From contig DWXH01000025.1 of the NCBI GenBank assembly GCA_019119305.1, positions 18,681 through 82,680 on the forward strand: a DNA stretch of 64,000 bases, read 5' to 3'. The notes under the pieces were generated by a model, which worked only from the letters and a program-made list of their open reading frames with translations, did no database searches and was not told the DNA's origin. The DNA is from Candidatus Alistipes merdigallinarum (GTDB taxonomy: Bacteria; Bacteroidota; Bacteroidia; Bacteroidales; Rikenellaceae). A program made the position numbers and the translations under genes. Positions 10,628 to 20,969 of this stretch are shown here, one piece after another; position 1 is the first letter of the stretch, and every line of letters begins with the position of its first letter.

Positions 10628-10725
10628 GCAGTGTTTTGTTTCGATGTGGGAAGTCCGGTTCGGTACGGTTGCCCCATAAATAAACTACAAGTTTACTAAA
10701 TTTATTTAAATTATAAAGTCGAAAA

Positions 10726-11748
10726 ATGGATATAACGATTTTGGGAATCGAATCCTCGTGCGATGACACTTCGGCTGCCGTGCTTCGCGGCGGAACGCTT
10801 TTGTCGAATGTCATAGCCAGTCAGGAGGTACATCGTAAGTATGGAGGGGTGATTCCCGAGTTGGCCTCGCGGGCACACCAGCAGAACATTATTCCCGTAG
10901 TGGATGCTGCGATCAAGGAGGCCGGAATAGAGTTCCGCGATATAGACGGAATAGCCTTTACGCGGGGGCCCGGTCTGCTCGGATCGTTGATGGTTGGGGT
11001 CTCTTTCACGAAAGGGCTCTCTCTGGCGCTCGATGTGCCGATGATGGAGGTCAACCATTTGCACGGGCATATTTCGGCACATTTTATTGATTTGCCCGAT
11101 CGCAAGTTGCCGCATCCGGCTTTCCCGTTTTTGTGTCTGTTGGTTTCGGGCGGACACTCGCAGATCGTCCGTGTAGAGGATTACGACCGGATGGAGATCG
11201 TCGGAACGACGATCGACGATGCAGCTGGCGAGGCTTTTGACAAATGCGGCAAGGTGATGGGGCTGCCTTATCCGTCGGGACCGGTTATCGATCGTCTGGC
11301 TGCCGAAGGGGATCCGAAACGATTCCGGTTTGCACGGCCTTCCGTCGACGGTTTCGATTATAGTTTTAGTGGTTTGAAAACCTCGTTTCTCTATTTTTTG
11401 CGTGATGCGGTTCACGAGTCGCCTGACTTTATAGAGAACAACAAGGCCGATTTGTGTGCATCGTTGCAGGCCGCGATCATCGATATCCTGCTCGTCAAGC
11501 TGGTCCGGGCGGCCAAGTATTACGATATTCGGGAGATTGCCATTGCCGGAGGGGTCTCTGCCAATTCCGGTTTGCGGCGGGCGATCGTCGAGGAGGGAGA
11601 AAAAAGGGGGTGGAAAACCTATCTTCCCGAGTTTAAATTTACGACCGACAATGCGGCGATGATTGCGATGGCCGGGTACATCAAGTATCAACACAGCGAA
11701 TTTGCGTCGCTCGATGTGGTCCCCGTTGCACGATACAGCAATTTGTAA
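10726..11748 (+). CDS. tsaD: tRNA N6-adenosine threonylcarbamoyltransferase TsaD
   Basis: 340 aa. Motifs 'ILGIESSCDDTSAAV', 'HLHGHI' and 'GGVSAN', typical of Kae1/TsaD. Confidence 0.95.
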   Translation: MDITILGIESSCDDTSAAVLRGGTLLSNVIASQEVHRKYGGVIPELASRAHQQNIIPVVDAAIKEAGIEFRDIDGIAFTRGPGLLGSLMVGVSFTKGLSLALDVPMMEVNHLHGHISAHFIDLPDRKLPHPAFPFLCLLVSGGHSQIVRVEDYDRMEIVGTTIDDAAGEAFDKCGKVMGLPYPSGPVIDRLAAEGDPKRFRFARPSVDGFDYSFSGLKTSFLYFLRDAVHESPDFIENNKADLCASLQAAIIDILLVKLVRAAKYYDIREIAIAGGVSANSGLRRAIVEEGEKRGWKTYLPEFKFTTDNAAMIAMAGYIKYQHSEFASLDVVPVARYSNL

Positions 11749-11773
11749 TCTGTTCTGGTTTTCAGAAAATAAT

Positions 11774-11808
11774 AAAAGGAGGGTGTCTTTTGCGACCCCT
11801 CCTTTTTT
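11774..11808. terminator. Bidirectional intrinsic terminator between convergent tsaD and the oxidoreductase gene
   Basis: AAAAGGAGGG...CCCCTCCTTTTTT hairpin with an A-tract before it and a T-tract after it. Confidence 0.7.
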
Positions 11809-11823
11809 GTTTTGACAGATGAT

Positions 11824-13263
11824 TTATAGTTTGTAGAACTCTTCCCAACCGTCTCTCGGAGTCATCTCCTTGAGCAGTTTGTTTGCGGTCTCGTTGTTCG
11901 TGATCTGTTGTTTCTTCGTGTCGAACAACAATTTCGTATTGAGCCGTTGGGCCAATACCCCCAAGTTGAATACCTGACACAGCGGTCCAGCGATGCTGAA
12001 TGGCGAGCGGCTCTCCTCCTGTCCTTTGCAGGCCAGCAGGAAGTTTTTGTAGTGATTCGACGGGCTGGGGGGAACCTCCGGCAGTTGCGAGGCCATCTCT
12101 TTGGCTTTCTCTTCCGGGATGATCGACAGCGTACTGCCGTGCGAACCACCTTTGAACGTCAGCTCTTTGCTGTAAATGATTTTACCCGGATTCAGTTGTG
12201 CCGGTTGGATCTGTCCGTTGCTTGGAGGCGGAATGTTGGGATCCAACTCGGAGACGCCGTATCCTTCGGGTACAGGCGGAATATTCTTCTGGCCTTCATA
12301 CCAGGTTACCTCGACCGGCGGCATGTTGCCTCGTTCCGCAAACTTGAATTTCAGCGTAGAGGCCTGCGGGAAGAAGAAGTTGTTGTGTCCGTCGATACGT
12401 ACCGGATCGATCTCATATGGAAGTCCCAGTTCGAGGAATTGGTGGGCCGTGTCGAGGATGTGTGCACCCCAGTCACCCAGTGCGCCCATACCGAAATCGT
12501 ACCAGCAACGCCATTGTCCGTTGACATAATCCTTATTGTATTCGTGGAATTTGGCGGTTGTCAGCCAAACGTTCCAATCGAGCGTTTCGGGAATGGGTTG
12601 TCCCGGAGGGAAACTGCGGATGTTGGTATCCCAGCCGTGCCACCTTCTTGCACCGTTCATGTGGGCGGTGATTGCCGTCACGTCCTTGATGATTCCCGCT
12701 TCGGTCCACGCTTTGAACTGGAAGTAGTTTGCTTCGGAGTGGCCCTGATTACCCATTTGGGTAACGACTTTATACTTCTTTGCGGCTTTCATCATCAGTT
12801 CCACCTCGTAGAAGGTGCGTCCCATCGGTTTTTCGACGAAGACATGTTTCCCTTCCGACATGGCGAGCATGGAGATCGGGAAGTGCGAGAAATCGGGAAC
12901 GCTGACCAAAACGGCATCGATTTGGCTTCCCATTTTATCGAACATGGTTCGAAAATCCTGGAAACGCGGTACGTTCGGGAATTGTTGTAGAATGGGGAGG
13001 GTCTGCGGAGCCCCCATGTCGACGTCGCAGAAGGCTACGATATTCGCTTCTCCCGTTTTGTAGAGTTCGCGGATGTCATAGAGACCTTGATTCCCGATTC
13101 CGCAACAGGCCAGATTGACCCGTTCGTTCGGACCGACGATTCGGGGCTTCGGACGAGCGGCTGTCAGCGTGTTTTTGGTGAGGATGGTCGGCATCGCTGC
13201 GGCTGCGGACAACGCGAGAACCCGTTTGAGAAATTCTCGCCTCGAAAGTTCGTTCGAATTCAT
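11824..13263 (-). CDS. Gfo/Idh/MocA family oxidoreductase with twin-arginine (TAT) signal
   Basis: 479 aa. TAT signal 'SRREFLKRVLALSAAAAMP' and Rossmann segment 'VNLACCGIGNQG'. Architecture is typical of Bacteroidota periplasmic sugar dehydrogenases. Confidence 0.85.
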   Translation of the reverse strand: MNSNELSRREFLKRVLALSAAAAMPTILTKNTLTAARPKPRIVGPNERVNLACCGIGNQGLYDIRELYKTGEANIVAFCDVDMGAPQTLPILQQFPNVPRFQDFRTMFDKMGSQIDAVLVSVPDFSHFPISMLAMSEGKHVFVEKPMGRTFYEVELMMKAAKKYKVVTQMGNQGHSEANYFQFKAWTEAGIIKDVTAITAHMNGARRWHGWDTNIRSFPPGQPIPETLDWNVWLTTAKFHEYNKDYVNGQWRCWYDFGMGALGDWGAHILDTAHQFLELGLPYEIDPVRIDGHNNFFFPQASTLKFKFAERGNMPPVEVTWYEGQKNIPPVPEGYGVSELDPNIPPPSNGQIQPAQLNPGKIIYSKELTFKGGSHGSTLSIIPEEKAKEMASQLPEVPPSPSNHYKNFLLACKGQEESRSPFSIAGPLCQVFNLGVLAQRLNTKLLFDTKKQQITNNETANKLLKEMTPRDGWEEFYKL

Positions 13264-13561
13264 ATTAACCGAATAGATTAGTAATTTGTAGTAAAAGTTT
13301 TTCTCTGTTTATGCGACTGAAACATATTCCGGGACCGTACACGGAACATGTTCAAAAAAAAGTTTTTCTCAAAACTGTTTTATTGTGTCCGGTTCAGATT
13401 GATAGAGGCCACGTTTCATTCCTTTCCAAAATTAGAGGAAAAATATCGAAAAAAAAAGTTTTTTTGAAAAAAATAGGTTAATCTGTTGTCGGCAAAAGCC
13501 TGATGACGGTTCGCGGAAAGTCGTAAGTTGGTCAGATGCGTATTGGGTATTGATGAAAAGA

Positions 13562-13607
13562 GGCCGGGGAAATTGTCGATTTACCGCAATTTTCCCGACC
13601 TCTTTTT
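13562..13607. terminator. Intrinsic terminator downstream of infB (bidirectional-looking)
   Basis: About 14 bp stem (GGCCGGGGAAATTG / CAATTTTCCCGACC, one mismatch and one G-T pair) with T-tracts on both strands. Confidence 0.65.
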
Positions 13608-13620
13608 GTTGAGAATCAAT

Positions 13621-16452
13621 CTATTTTTTTACCTCGACCTGTTCGTATCCTTCGACGATGTCGCCGACATGGATGTCGTTGTAATTTTCGATGTTCAGAC
13701 CGCATTCCAAACCGGTTGCGACCTCTTTGACGTCGTCTTTGAACCGTTTGAGCGATCCGAGTTTGCCGGTGTAAACAACGATGCCGTCACGAATGACGCG
13801 GACGTTGGTGTTCCGAGTGACCTTACCCTCACGGACCAGACATCCCGCAACGGTTCCGACTTTCGAAATCTTGAAGACCTCCATGACCTCGACCGAACAT
13901 ACGATCTCCTCTTTCATGACCGGAGCGAGCATACCTTCGATGGCGTCTTTGATGTCGTTGATGGCGTCGTAAATAATTGAGTAGAGTCTGATTTCGATCT
14001 CCTCTTTCTCTGCCAATTTGCGGGCCGATGCGGAGGGGCGTACCTGGAATCCGACGATTACGGCATTCGATGCGGCTGCGAGCAGTACGTCCGATTCGGA
14101 GATCGGTCCGACCGCTTTGTGGATGACGTTGACTTCGACTTCTTCTTTTGAAAGTTTGATCAGCGAGTCGGCCATGGCCTCGATCGAACCGTCTACGTCA
14201 CCTTTGATGATGACATTCAGCTCTTTGAAGTTGCCGATAGCGATACGGCGGCCGATTTCGTCCAGTGTGATGTGTTTCTGGGTGCGGAGTCCCTGCATCC
14301 GTTGCAACTGTTCCCGTTTGTTCGCAATGTCACGTGCCGACCGTTCGTCGTCCATCACATTGAATGTATCCCCTGCCTGAGGCGCTCCGTTGAGACCCAA
14401 TACGAGGACCGGTGTGGACGGCGGTGCTTCTGTGATACGTGTGCCGCGTTCGTTGAACATGGCTTTGACACGTCCTGAATGGATACCGGAGAGCATGACG
14501 TCGCCGACATGTAAGGTCCCGTTCTCGACCAGAACAGTAGCTACATAACCGCGTCCTTTGTCCAGAGTCGATTCGATGACCGCTCCTTGCGCTTTGCGGT
14601 TCGGGTTGGCTTTCAGGTCGAGGAATTCGGCTTCGAGCAACACTTTTTCGAGCAGTTTGTCGAGGTTGATGCCTTGTTTCGCGGAGATCTCCTGGCATTG
14701 ATATTTTCCGCCCCAGTCTTCGACCAGATAGTTCATGGCAGCCAACTCCTCTTTGATCCGTTCGGGATTGGCCCCTGGCTTATCGATTTTGTTGATAGCG
14801 AAAACGATAGGCACCTGTGCTGCAGCGGCGTGGTTGATGGCTTCTACCGTCTGCGGCATGACGTTGTCGTCAGCAGCCACGATGATGATCGCCACATCGG
14901 TGATCTTGGCTCCACGTGCACGCATGGCCGTAAAGGCTTCGTGTCCCGGCGTATCGAGGAAAGTGATTTTCCGTCCGTCGTCCAACGTTACACTGTATGC
15001 TCCGATGTGCTGTGTGATACCGCCCGCTTCACCGGCGATGACGTTCGTTTTCCGTATGTTGTCGAGTAGTGAGGTTTTACCGTGGTCGACGTGTCCCATC
15101 ACCGTTACGATCGGTGGGCGGGGAACCAAATCCTCTTCTTTGTCAACCTCGGTGTCGATAGCCTCTTGAATCTCGACAGAGACGAATTCGACTTTGAAAC
15201 CGAACTCTTCGGCAACAATGACCAACGCTTCGGCATCAAGCCTCTGATTGATCGATACCATCAGTCCGAGGTTCATACATACGGTGATCACGTCGTTGAC
15301 ACTAACCTCCATCATGGTAGCCAACTCGCTGACGGTGACGAATTCGGTTACCTTCAGTACGCTCTTTTCCTGTTCCTGACGTTCGATCTCTTCGTTGAGT
15401 CGGGCCGATACGGCTTCCCGTTTGTCGCGGCGGTGCTTTGCCGTTTTGAATTTTGGTCCTTTAGCCGTCAATCGGGCCAATGTATCTTTAATCTGCTTTT
15501 GAACCTCTTCTTCGCTGATTTCGACCTTTACCGCCGGTTTCGGAGCTTTTGCCTTCCGTTTCTCTTTGGCCGCATTTTTCCCGTTTTGAGCAACGTTTTG
15601 GTTTCCTTCCGCTTTGGGGCGTCCTCCCTCTTTTGAGGCGGGTTGATTCTGCTTCTGGGTAATGTCGATTTTGTCTTTGGCGATACGTTTGCGTTTTTCC
15701 CGTTTGCGGTGTCCCTCGTCGCCTTTTTTCTTTTCGAACGATTTGACGTCGATTTTTCCGAGCACTTTGGGACCCGAAAGTTTGGTCGTGTCGCCCGGGC
15801 GGAACAAGTTGCTCTCATCGGCAGCCATGCGTTCGTCGTAGGTTTGGCTCTGAATAACGATTTCAGGTTTTACTTCAGCCGTCGGTGCCGGCGTATGGGG
15901 TACAGGCTCCGCGGGGGTTGCCGATTGTGCTTTCTCTTTCGTTTCCGTTTCAACCGGTTTTTTCTCCTCTTTTTTTATAGGTTCGACCTTTTCCACCCGT
16001 ATTTGCGGAGCTGGTTCTGCTTTTTTCTCTGCCGTAGGAGTAACTGCCGAATGTTTCTTCCGTCCACTGTTTGAGAGATCGATTTTTCCTAAAATCTTAG
16101 GGGTTGCAATCGGCGTCACTTCATCTTTGATGCTGATGACTCCGCTTTTAATGATCACCTCGTTTTTAAAGTCCGAACCATCGTCCGACGGAGGAGCAGG
16201 ATTCTCCTTTTTATCCTCCAACGATACGGTCTCATGTTTGAGGTTGATCTTTTCCCGTATATTGACCTTCTCGATCTGCTTGTTGCTGCCGAACTCTTTG
16301 TCCAAAATGGCATAGACCGCCGGCTCGATTATCGAGCTGGGGCTTTTGTCCACCTTAATTCCTTTTTTGTCAAGGAATTCGATGATCGTCGTTTGTCCTA
16401 CTTTTAATTCTCTGGCAACTTGATGGAGTCTAAGTCTTTTTTCGTTCGGCAT
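13621..16452 (-). CDS. infB: Translation initiation factor IF-2
   Basis: G-domain '[12 protein letters not shown]', 'DTPGHEAF', 'NKID'. The start was moved to the ATG at 16452 ('[31 protein letters not shown]', the usual IF-2 N-terminus). The ORF track extends to 16491. Confidence 0.95.
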   Translation of the reverse strand: MPNEKRLRLHQVARELKVGQTTIIEFLDKKGIKVDKSPSSIIEPAVYAILDKEFGSNKQIEKVNIREKINLKHETVSLEDKKENPAPPSDDGSDFKNEVIIKSGVISIKDEVTPIATPKILGKIDLSNSGRKKHSAVTPTAEKKAEPAPQIRVEKVEPIKKEEKKPVETETKEKAQSATPAEPVPHTPAPTAEVKPEIVIQSQTYDERMAADESNLFRPGDTTKLSGPKVLGKIDVKSFEKKKGDEGHRKREKRKRIAKDKIDITQKQNQPASKEGGRPKAEGNQNVAQNGKNAAKEKRKAKAPKPAVKVEISEEEVQKQIKDTLARLTAKGPKFKTAKHRRDKREAVSARLNEEIERQEQEKSVLKVTEFVTVSELATMMEVSVNDVITVCMNLGLMVSINQRLDAEALVIVAEEFGFKVEFVSVEIQEAIDTEVDKEEDLVPRPPIVTVMGHVDHGKTSLLDNIRKTNVIAGEAGGITQHIGAYSVTLDDGRKITFLDTPGHEAFTAMRARGAKITDVAIIIVAADDNVMPQTVEAINHAAAAQVPIVFAINKIDKPGANPERIKEELAAMNYLVEDWGGKYQCQEISAKQGINLDKLLEKVLLEAEFLDLKANPNRKAQGAVIESTLDKGRGYVATVLVENGTLHVGDVMLSGIHSGRVKAMFNERGTRITEAPPSTPVLVLGLNGAPQAGDTFNVMDDERSARDIANKREQLQRMQGLRTQKHITLDEIGRRIAIGNFKELNVIIKGDVDGSIEAMADSLIKLSKEEVEVNVIHKAVGPISESDVLLAAASNAVIVGFQVRPSASARKLAEKEEIEIRLYSIIYDAINDIKDAIEGMLAPVMKEEIVCSVEVMEVFKISKVGTVAGCLVREGKVTRNTNVRVIRDGIVVYTGKLGSLKRFKDDVKEVATGLECGLNIENYNDIHVGDIVEGYEQVEVKK

Positions 16453-16524
16453 ATTGTATCTTTTTTTTACGGGTTCGGATTTTTTCGGCAAGAATCGGTT
16501 TCGTGGTACGTTTGCTGTATGGGT

Positions 16525-17937
16525 TTATTCAAATTCAGACTTCAATATATCGATAACTTCGTTCAAGGTCGACTCTTCGATACCGGTCCGTTTTACCAAC
16601 TCGCCGATCGGTAAATCGATCACACTTTTGGCCGTGGAGAGCCCGGCTTGTTTGAGTTTTTCGATGATTTGTTCGTCTATTTCGTCGCGGAATTCATCCA
16701 GCTCCACATCTTCGTTTTCGGATTGAAGGATGTTGATAATCTCTTGAGCGGTTTCAACCTCCAAATCGGAACGTTTGGCCAGTTCGTCGACCGAAAGGGC
16801 CAGTGTGCTTTTCATGGTGTCGCAACCGATGCTTTTGAGTTTGTCGATGATCCAGCCATCGATGCGGTCTTTGAATTCGTCTAAGGAGACGTCTTCATCT
16901 TCCAGTTCACGATAGACATCAATATCGTACCCTGTCAGCATGCTGGCCAGCCTGATGTTCAGACCACCTTTACCGATCGCCAACGACACTTCGTTGGGTT
17001 TGAGGTAGATTGCGGCGGTTTTTGATGCCTCGTCGATTTTGATCGATGAGATTTTGGCCGGGTTCAGGGCGCGCTGGATAAACAGCTGTGTATTGGTCGT
17101 GTAATTCACCACGTCGATGTTTTCGTTGCGGAGCTCTTTGACGATCGAGTAGATTCGCGAGCCCTTCATCCCTACGCATGCACCTACCGGATCGATACGG
17201 TCGTCGTAGGATTCGACGGCGACTTTCGCCCGTTCGCCCGGTATGCGGACGATTTTCTTGATCGTAATCAGACCGTCGTATATCTCCGGGACCTCCATTT
17301 CGAACAGACGTTCGAGAAATTCGGGTGCAGTCCGGGAAAGCACGATGTAGGGATTGTTGTTTCTCATTTCGACCCGAGATACGATTGCCTTGATGCTGTC
17401 ACCTTTGTGGAAAAAGTCGTTCGGAATTTGTTCCTGTTTGGGCAGGATCAATTCATTGTCTTCGTCGTCGAGTACGAGAATCTCCTTTTTCCAGGTTTGG
17501 TATACCTCGCCGGTGATGATTTCGCCGACTTTTTCGGTGTATTTGTTGAACAGACTGGCTTTTTCGAGATCCAAAATCCGAGATGCAAGGTTTTGACGCA
17601 GAGACAAGACAGCACGGCGACCGAAGCTGGCGAGTTTGATCTCTTCGGCAACCTCTTCGCCCACTTCATACGTTGAGTCAATCTTGCGAGCATCGCTCAA
17701 CGAGATCTGTTGGTTCGGATTTTCGACCATACCGTCTTCGACGACAGTGCGGTTTCTCCATATTTCGAGATCCCCTTTCTCCGGATTGATGATTACGTCG
17801 AAATTTTCGTCGGTTTCGTACGTCTTGATCAACAAGTGGCGGAACACGTCTTCAAGCACACCGATCATGGTACTTTTGTCGATGTTTTTCAACTCCTTGA
17901 ATTCCGCAAACGTGTTCACGAGGTTGAGATTGTCCAT
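16525..17937 (-). CDS. nusA: Transcription termination/antitermination factor NusA (with duplicated C-terminal acidic HhH repeats)
   Basis: 470 aa with S1 and KH regions ('GERAKVAV', 'ACVGMKGSRI', 'AIGKGGLNIRLA'). Two C-terminal repeats of about 55 aa start 'LDEFKDRIDGWIIDKLK...' and 'LDEFRDEIDEQIIEKLK...'. Confidence 0.95.
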   Translation of the reverse strand: MDNLNLVNTFAEFKELKNIDKSTMIGVLEDVFRHLLIKTYETDENFDVIINPEKGDLEIWRNRTVVEDGMVENPNQQISLSDARKIDSTYEVGEEVAEEIKLASFGRRAVLSLRQNLASRILDLEKASLFNKYTEKVGEIITGEVYQTWKKEILVLDDEDNELILPKQEQIPNDFFHKGDSIKAIVSRVEMRNNNPYIVLSRTAPEFLERLFEMEVPEIYDGLITIKKIVRIPGERAKVAVESYDDRIDPVGACVGMKGSRIYSIVKELRNENIDVVNYTTNTQLFIQRALNPAKISSIKIDEASKTAAIYLKPNEVSLAIGKGGLNIRLASMLTGYDIDVYRELEDEDVSLDEFKDRIDGWIIDKLKSIGCDTMKSTLALSVDELAKRSDLEVETAQEIINILQSENEDVELDEFRDEIDEQIIEKLKQAGLSTAKSVIDLPIGELVKRTGIEESTLNEVIDILKSEFE

Positions 17938-18029
17938 AGTCTGTACAAATGAAAATTTTTACGGGCCTTGCCGTCTTTTTTACAGCAACGGCCTTGTTGT
18001 TTTATATTCAGTGATCTATTTTCTTGTTT

Positions 18030-18497
18030 TTATTTGAAGTTCAAATGCTCTTTCGTCGTTTTGATGTCGCAAAGCGCGATATTACGTTCGATTTCCGTAG
18101 CGACTTTGCGTTTTTTCCCCTCCACGGCGACCTTTTCGGTGTAGGCGAGAGTCAGGGTGTCGTCGGCGAAATTTTTCAGTGTCGCGATGAGTTTCGTTCC
18201 CTCTTTGAGCACAACTTCCACCTCTTTACCGAGCATCTTCCGATATTGGCGGGGCAAAACAAGCGGTTGTCCGATGCCGGCAGACATGACTGTCAGCGAA
18301 AAGTCCTCCACTTCCCGATCGAAAGAGTCATTGATCTTACGTGTCAGTGCGGCACAGGCATCGATGTCAACGGTCGTATCGCTGTCGACGATAACTTCGA
18401 TCTCGTTCGCCGTATTTTGTTTGATGCCTACCAAAAACAGGTCGGTTCCTTGAAACTGTTCTTCGGCGATTGTCCGTATCTGTTCCGTATCGATCAT
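18030..18497 (-). CDS. rimP: Ribosome maturation factor RimP
   Basis: 155 aa in the conserved position upstream of nusA-infB, with a RimP-like sequence ('LFLVGIK...IEVIVDSD'). Confidence 0.9.
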   Translation of the reverse strand: MIDTEQIRTIAEEQFQGTDLFLVGIKQNTANEIEVIVDSDTTVDIDACAALTRKINDSFDREVEDFSLTVMSAGIGQPLVLPRQYRKMLGKEVEVVLKEGTKLIATLKNFADDTLTLAYTEKVAVEGKKRKVATEIERNIALCDIKTTKEHLNFK

Positions 18498-18521
18498 GGT
18501 CTCGTCAGGTGTTTTATAGCT

Positions 18522-18552
18522 AATAAAAGGGGGGACTCACCGTCCCCCTTTT
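18522..18552 (-). terminator. Terminator-like hairpin located between the putative rimP promoter and the rimP ATG (also downstream of lpxA)
   Basis: On the minus strand: AAAAGGGGGAC-GGTGA-GTCCCCC(C)TTTTATT. It ends 24 nt before the rimP ATG at 18497. Confidence 0.65.
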
Positions 18553-18562
18553 CATTCGTTCG

Positions 18563-18570
18563 CAAATATA
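18563..18570 (-). promoter_or_regulatory. -7 box TATATTTG (minus strand), candidate rimP-nusA-infB promoter
   Basis: Plus-strand CAAATATA. A TTTG (-33-like) element lies about 19 nt further upstream on the minus strand. Confidence 0.5.
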
Positions 18571-18636
18571 TACCGGATTTTTCAAAAAACAAAATAAAAT
18601 TCCGAAAATCCGTTATTTTCATCTTTTAGTCCTCAA

Positions 18637-19440
18637 TTATTCGACTTCGTCGCTGCTCTTTTTCGGATTGTAGGGTTTCAGGATACCTCGTTTCGAACTG
18701 CGGATAAATTCGATTACCATGTCGCGTTCCGGAGAGGGAGCGGTTTGGTTTTCGGCTATTTCGCAGGCTTTCGTGTAGTTGTAACCCGATTGGAACAGGA
18801 TCCGGAACAACTCCTGGATCTCCTGGATCTTTTCGGCGCTGAATCCTCTGCGGCGCAGTCCGATGAAATTGGCTCCTACGAATGAAAGCGGATTGTGCGC
18901 CGCTTTGACGAAAGGAGGGACATCTTTGCTGACCAGAGATCCTCCGCCGAGCATGGCGTGGGCTCCGATCCGGCAGAATTGGTGGACTGCCGAGTGGCCG
19001 CCGAGAATGGCCCAATCCTGAACCTCAACTTCACCGGCAAGCGATACTCCGTTGACAATTACGCAGTTGTTTCCTACGGTACAGTCGTGTCCCACATGTG
19101 CATAAGCCATAATCAGGGTGTTGCTTCCGACACGGGTTACCCCTTTTGCTGCAGTACCCCGATTGACGGTGGCACATTCGCGGATCGTCGTACCGTCACC
19201 GATTTCAACAGTGGTGTACTCACCTTTGAATTTCAGATCTTGAGGAACCCCTGCGACAACAGCCGAAGTATGGATTTTGCAGTTTTTCCCGATACGGGCT
19301 CCATCCAGAATGACGGCACCCGGACCGATGTGGCAACCGCTTCCGATGACGACGTCGCCTGCAATATAAGAGAATGGCTCGACAATGACATCTTCACCTA
19401 TTTGTGCCATTTCGGAAACCTGGGCTAATTTGCTTATCAT
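18637..19440 (-). CDS. lpxA: Acyl-ACP--UDP-N-acetylglucosamine O-acyltransferase LpxA
   Basis: 267 aa with hexapeptide repeats throughout and a characteristic C-terminal helical domain. Located downstream of lpxC/fabZ. Confidence 0.92.
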   Translation of the reverse strand: MISKLAQVSEMAQIGEDVIVEPFSYIAGDVVIGSGCHIGPGAVILDGARIGKNCKIHTSAVVAGVPQDLKFKGEYTTVEIGDGTTIRECATVNRGTAAKGVTRVGSNTLIMAYAHVGHDCTVGNNCVIVNGVSLAGEVEVQDWAILGGHSAVHQFCRIGAHAMLGGGSLVSKDVPPFVKAAHNPLSFVGANFIGLRRRGFSAEKIQEIQELFRILFQSGYNYTKACEIAENQTAPSPERDMVIEFIRSSKRGILKPYNPKKSSDEVE

Positions 19441-19496
19441 AGCAGCGGAATTGTAGTTTTTACTATATCAATATATTGTGTTTGTGTGTGGTTCGG

Positions 19497-20885
19497 TTAT
19501 TTGTTGTGGACGATTTGTGCCATCAGCATCGCTTCGGTGGTAAACTTGTTACCTACAAAAGCTTTGGCTTCCATGACCACGATCCCTCTACGAATGGGCT
19601 CGGCCAGACGCAATTCGAATTGCAACGTATCTCCGGGGACGACTTTATCGCGGAACTTGACGCCGTCTATCTTCAGGAAGTAGGTCGAATAATTTTCGGG
19701 ATCGGGTACACTGCTCAAGGCCAGAATGCCTCCGCATTGTGCCATCGCCTCGATAATCAGTACTCCCGGCATGACGGGTTCATTCGGGAAATGTCCGACG
19801 AAGAAAGGTTCGTTCATCGTGACGTTTTTGATACCTACAACATTTTGGCTGTCCAGGTGGATGATTTTGTCTACCAGCAAGAATGGCGGACGGTGTGGAA
19901 GAAGCCTCCGGATCTGGTTGATATCGTAGAGTGGCTCAACATTTGGGTCGAAATGAAATTTCGGACGTGAGGCATCCCGTTTGATATTTTTACGGATCGT
20001 GCGGGCCAACTGTGTGTTGGCTGCATGTCCCGGACGATAAGCCACGATACGTCCTTTGATGCGCATGCCGATCAAAGCCAGATCGCCGATCATATCCAAC
20101 AGTTTGTGGCGTGAAGGCTCGTTGGGGAACCGCAACTGGATGTTGTTGAGGTATCCTTCGTTGACTTGGACGTCTTTTTTATTGAATAGTTTGGAAAGCC
20201 GGTCGAGCTCTTCGTCTGAGATCTTGTTTTCGACGATTACGATGGCGTTGTCCAGATCACCGCCTTTGATCAGATTATGAGAAATCAGCGGTTCCAGTTC
20301 GTGCAGGAAAACAAAGGTACGGCACGGGGCGATCTCTTCGGCGAATTGGTCGATCGAATCGAGCCGGGCATATTGGTTTCCTATGATTTTCGAGTTGAAA
20401 TCTACGTTGACGTTGACAGAGAAATCGTCATCCGGATAGACAACGATTTCGACACCCCGTTCGGGGACAGCCACCATCGTTTTTTCACGTACATCATAGT
20501 ATTCACGCTCGGCATCCTGTTCGGTGAGGCCTGTTGAGGTGATGGCTTCGACATATTGCCGGGCGGAACCGTCCATGATCGGTGTCTCCGGTGCATCGAT
20601 GTCGATCAGCGCATTATCTACACCGCATCCCCACAAGGCGGCCATAACGTGTTCGATCGTGCTGATTCGGACGCCTTTCTTCTCGATGGTTGTTCCGCGT
20701 GAGGTGTCGGTAACGTAGTCTGCCAGCGCTTCTACGACGGGTGCTCCCTCTATATCGGTTCGTCTGAATTTGATTCCGTGTCCCGGTTCAGCGGGATTGA
20801 TGGTCATCGTTACATTAAGTCCGGTGTGCAAACCTTTCCCCTGAAAGGATATGGGTGTATTTAAAGTTTTCTGTTTTAAAGACAT
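19497..20885 (-). CDS. lpxC/fabZ: Bifunctional UDP-3-O-acyl-GlcNAc deacetylase / 3-hydroxyacyl-ACP dehydratase (LpxC/FabZ fusion)
   Basis: N-terminal LpxC ('GKGLHTGL', 'TIEHVMAAL') and C-terminal FabZ ('LPHRPPFLLVD', 'FFVGHFP..PVMPGVL'). The start was moved to the ATG at 20885 ('MSLKQKTL') because the -7 box is only 11 nt from the ORF-track start at 20900. Confidence 0.93.
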   Translation of the reverse strand: MSLKQKTLNTPISFQGKGLHTGLNVTMTINPAEPGHGIKFRRTDIEGAPVVEALADYVTDTSRGTTIEKKGVRISTIEHVMAALWGCGVDNALIDIDAPETPIMDGSARQYVEAITSTGLTEQDAEREYYDVREKTMVAVPERGVEIVVYPDDDFSVNVNVDFNSKIIGNQYARLDSIDQFAEEIAPCRTFVFLHELEPLISHNLIKGGDLDNAIVIVENKISDEELDRLSKLFNKKDVQVNEGYLNNIQLRFPNEPSRHKLLDMIGDLALIGMRIKGRIVAYRPGHAANTQLARTIRKNIKRDASRPKFHFDPNVEPLYDINQIRRLLPHRPPFLLVDKIIHLDSQNVVGIKNVTMNEPFFVGHFPNEPVMPGVLIIEAMAQCGGILALSSVPDPENYSTYFLKIDGVKFRDKVVPGDTLQFELRLAEPIRRGIVVMEAKAFVGNKFTTEAMLMAQIVHNK

Positions 20886-20911
20886 ACGTGTTAAAAACAT
20901 TATTTTACGTG

Positions 20912-20919
20912 CAAAGGTA
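20912..20919 (-). promoter_or_regulatory. -7 box TACCTTTG (minus strand) for lpxC/fabZ
   Basis: Plus-strand CAAAGGTA, 26 nt upstream of the ATG at 20885. Confidence 0.6.
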
Positions 20920-20940
20920 TGAATTTTTTGAAAGAAATCG

Positions 20941-20948
20941 TACTTTTG
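20941..20948 (+). promoter_or_regulatory. -7 box TACTTTTG for the TonB/TolA-like gene
   Basis: Exact TAnnTTTG match 21 nt upstream of the in-frame ATG at 20970. It lies inside the ORF-track N-terminal extension (20919). Confidence 0.55.
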
Positions 20949-20969
20949 TTCGGTTTTTATCGAGAAAGG

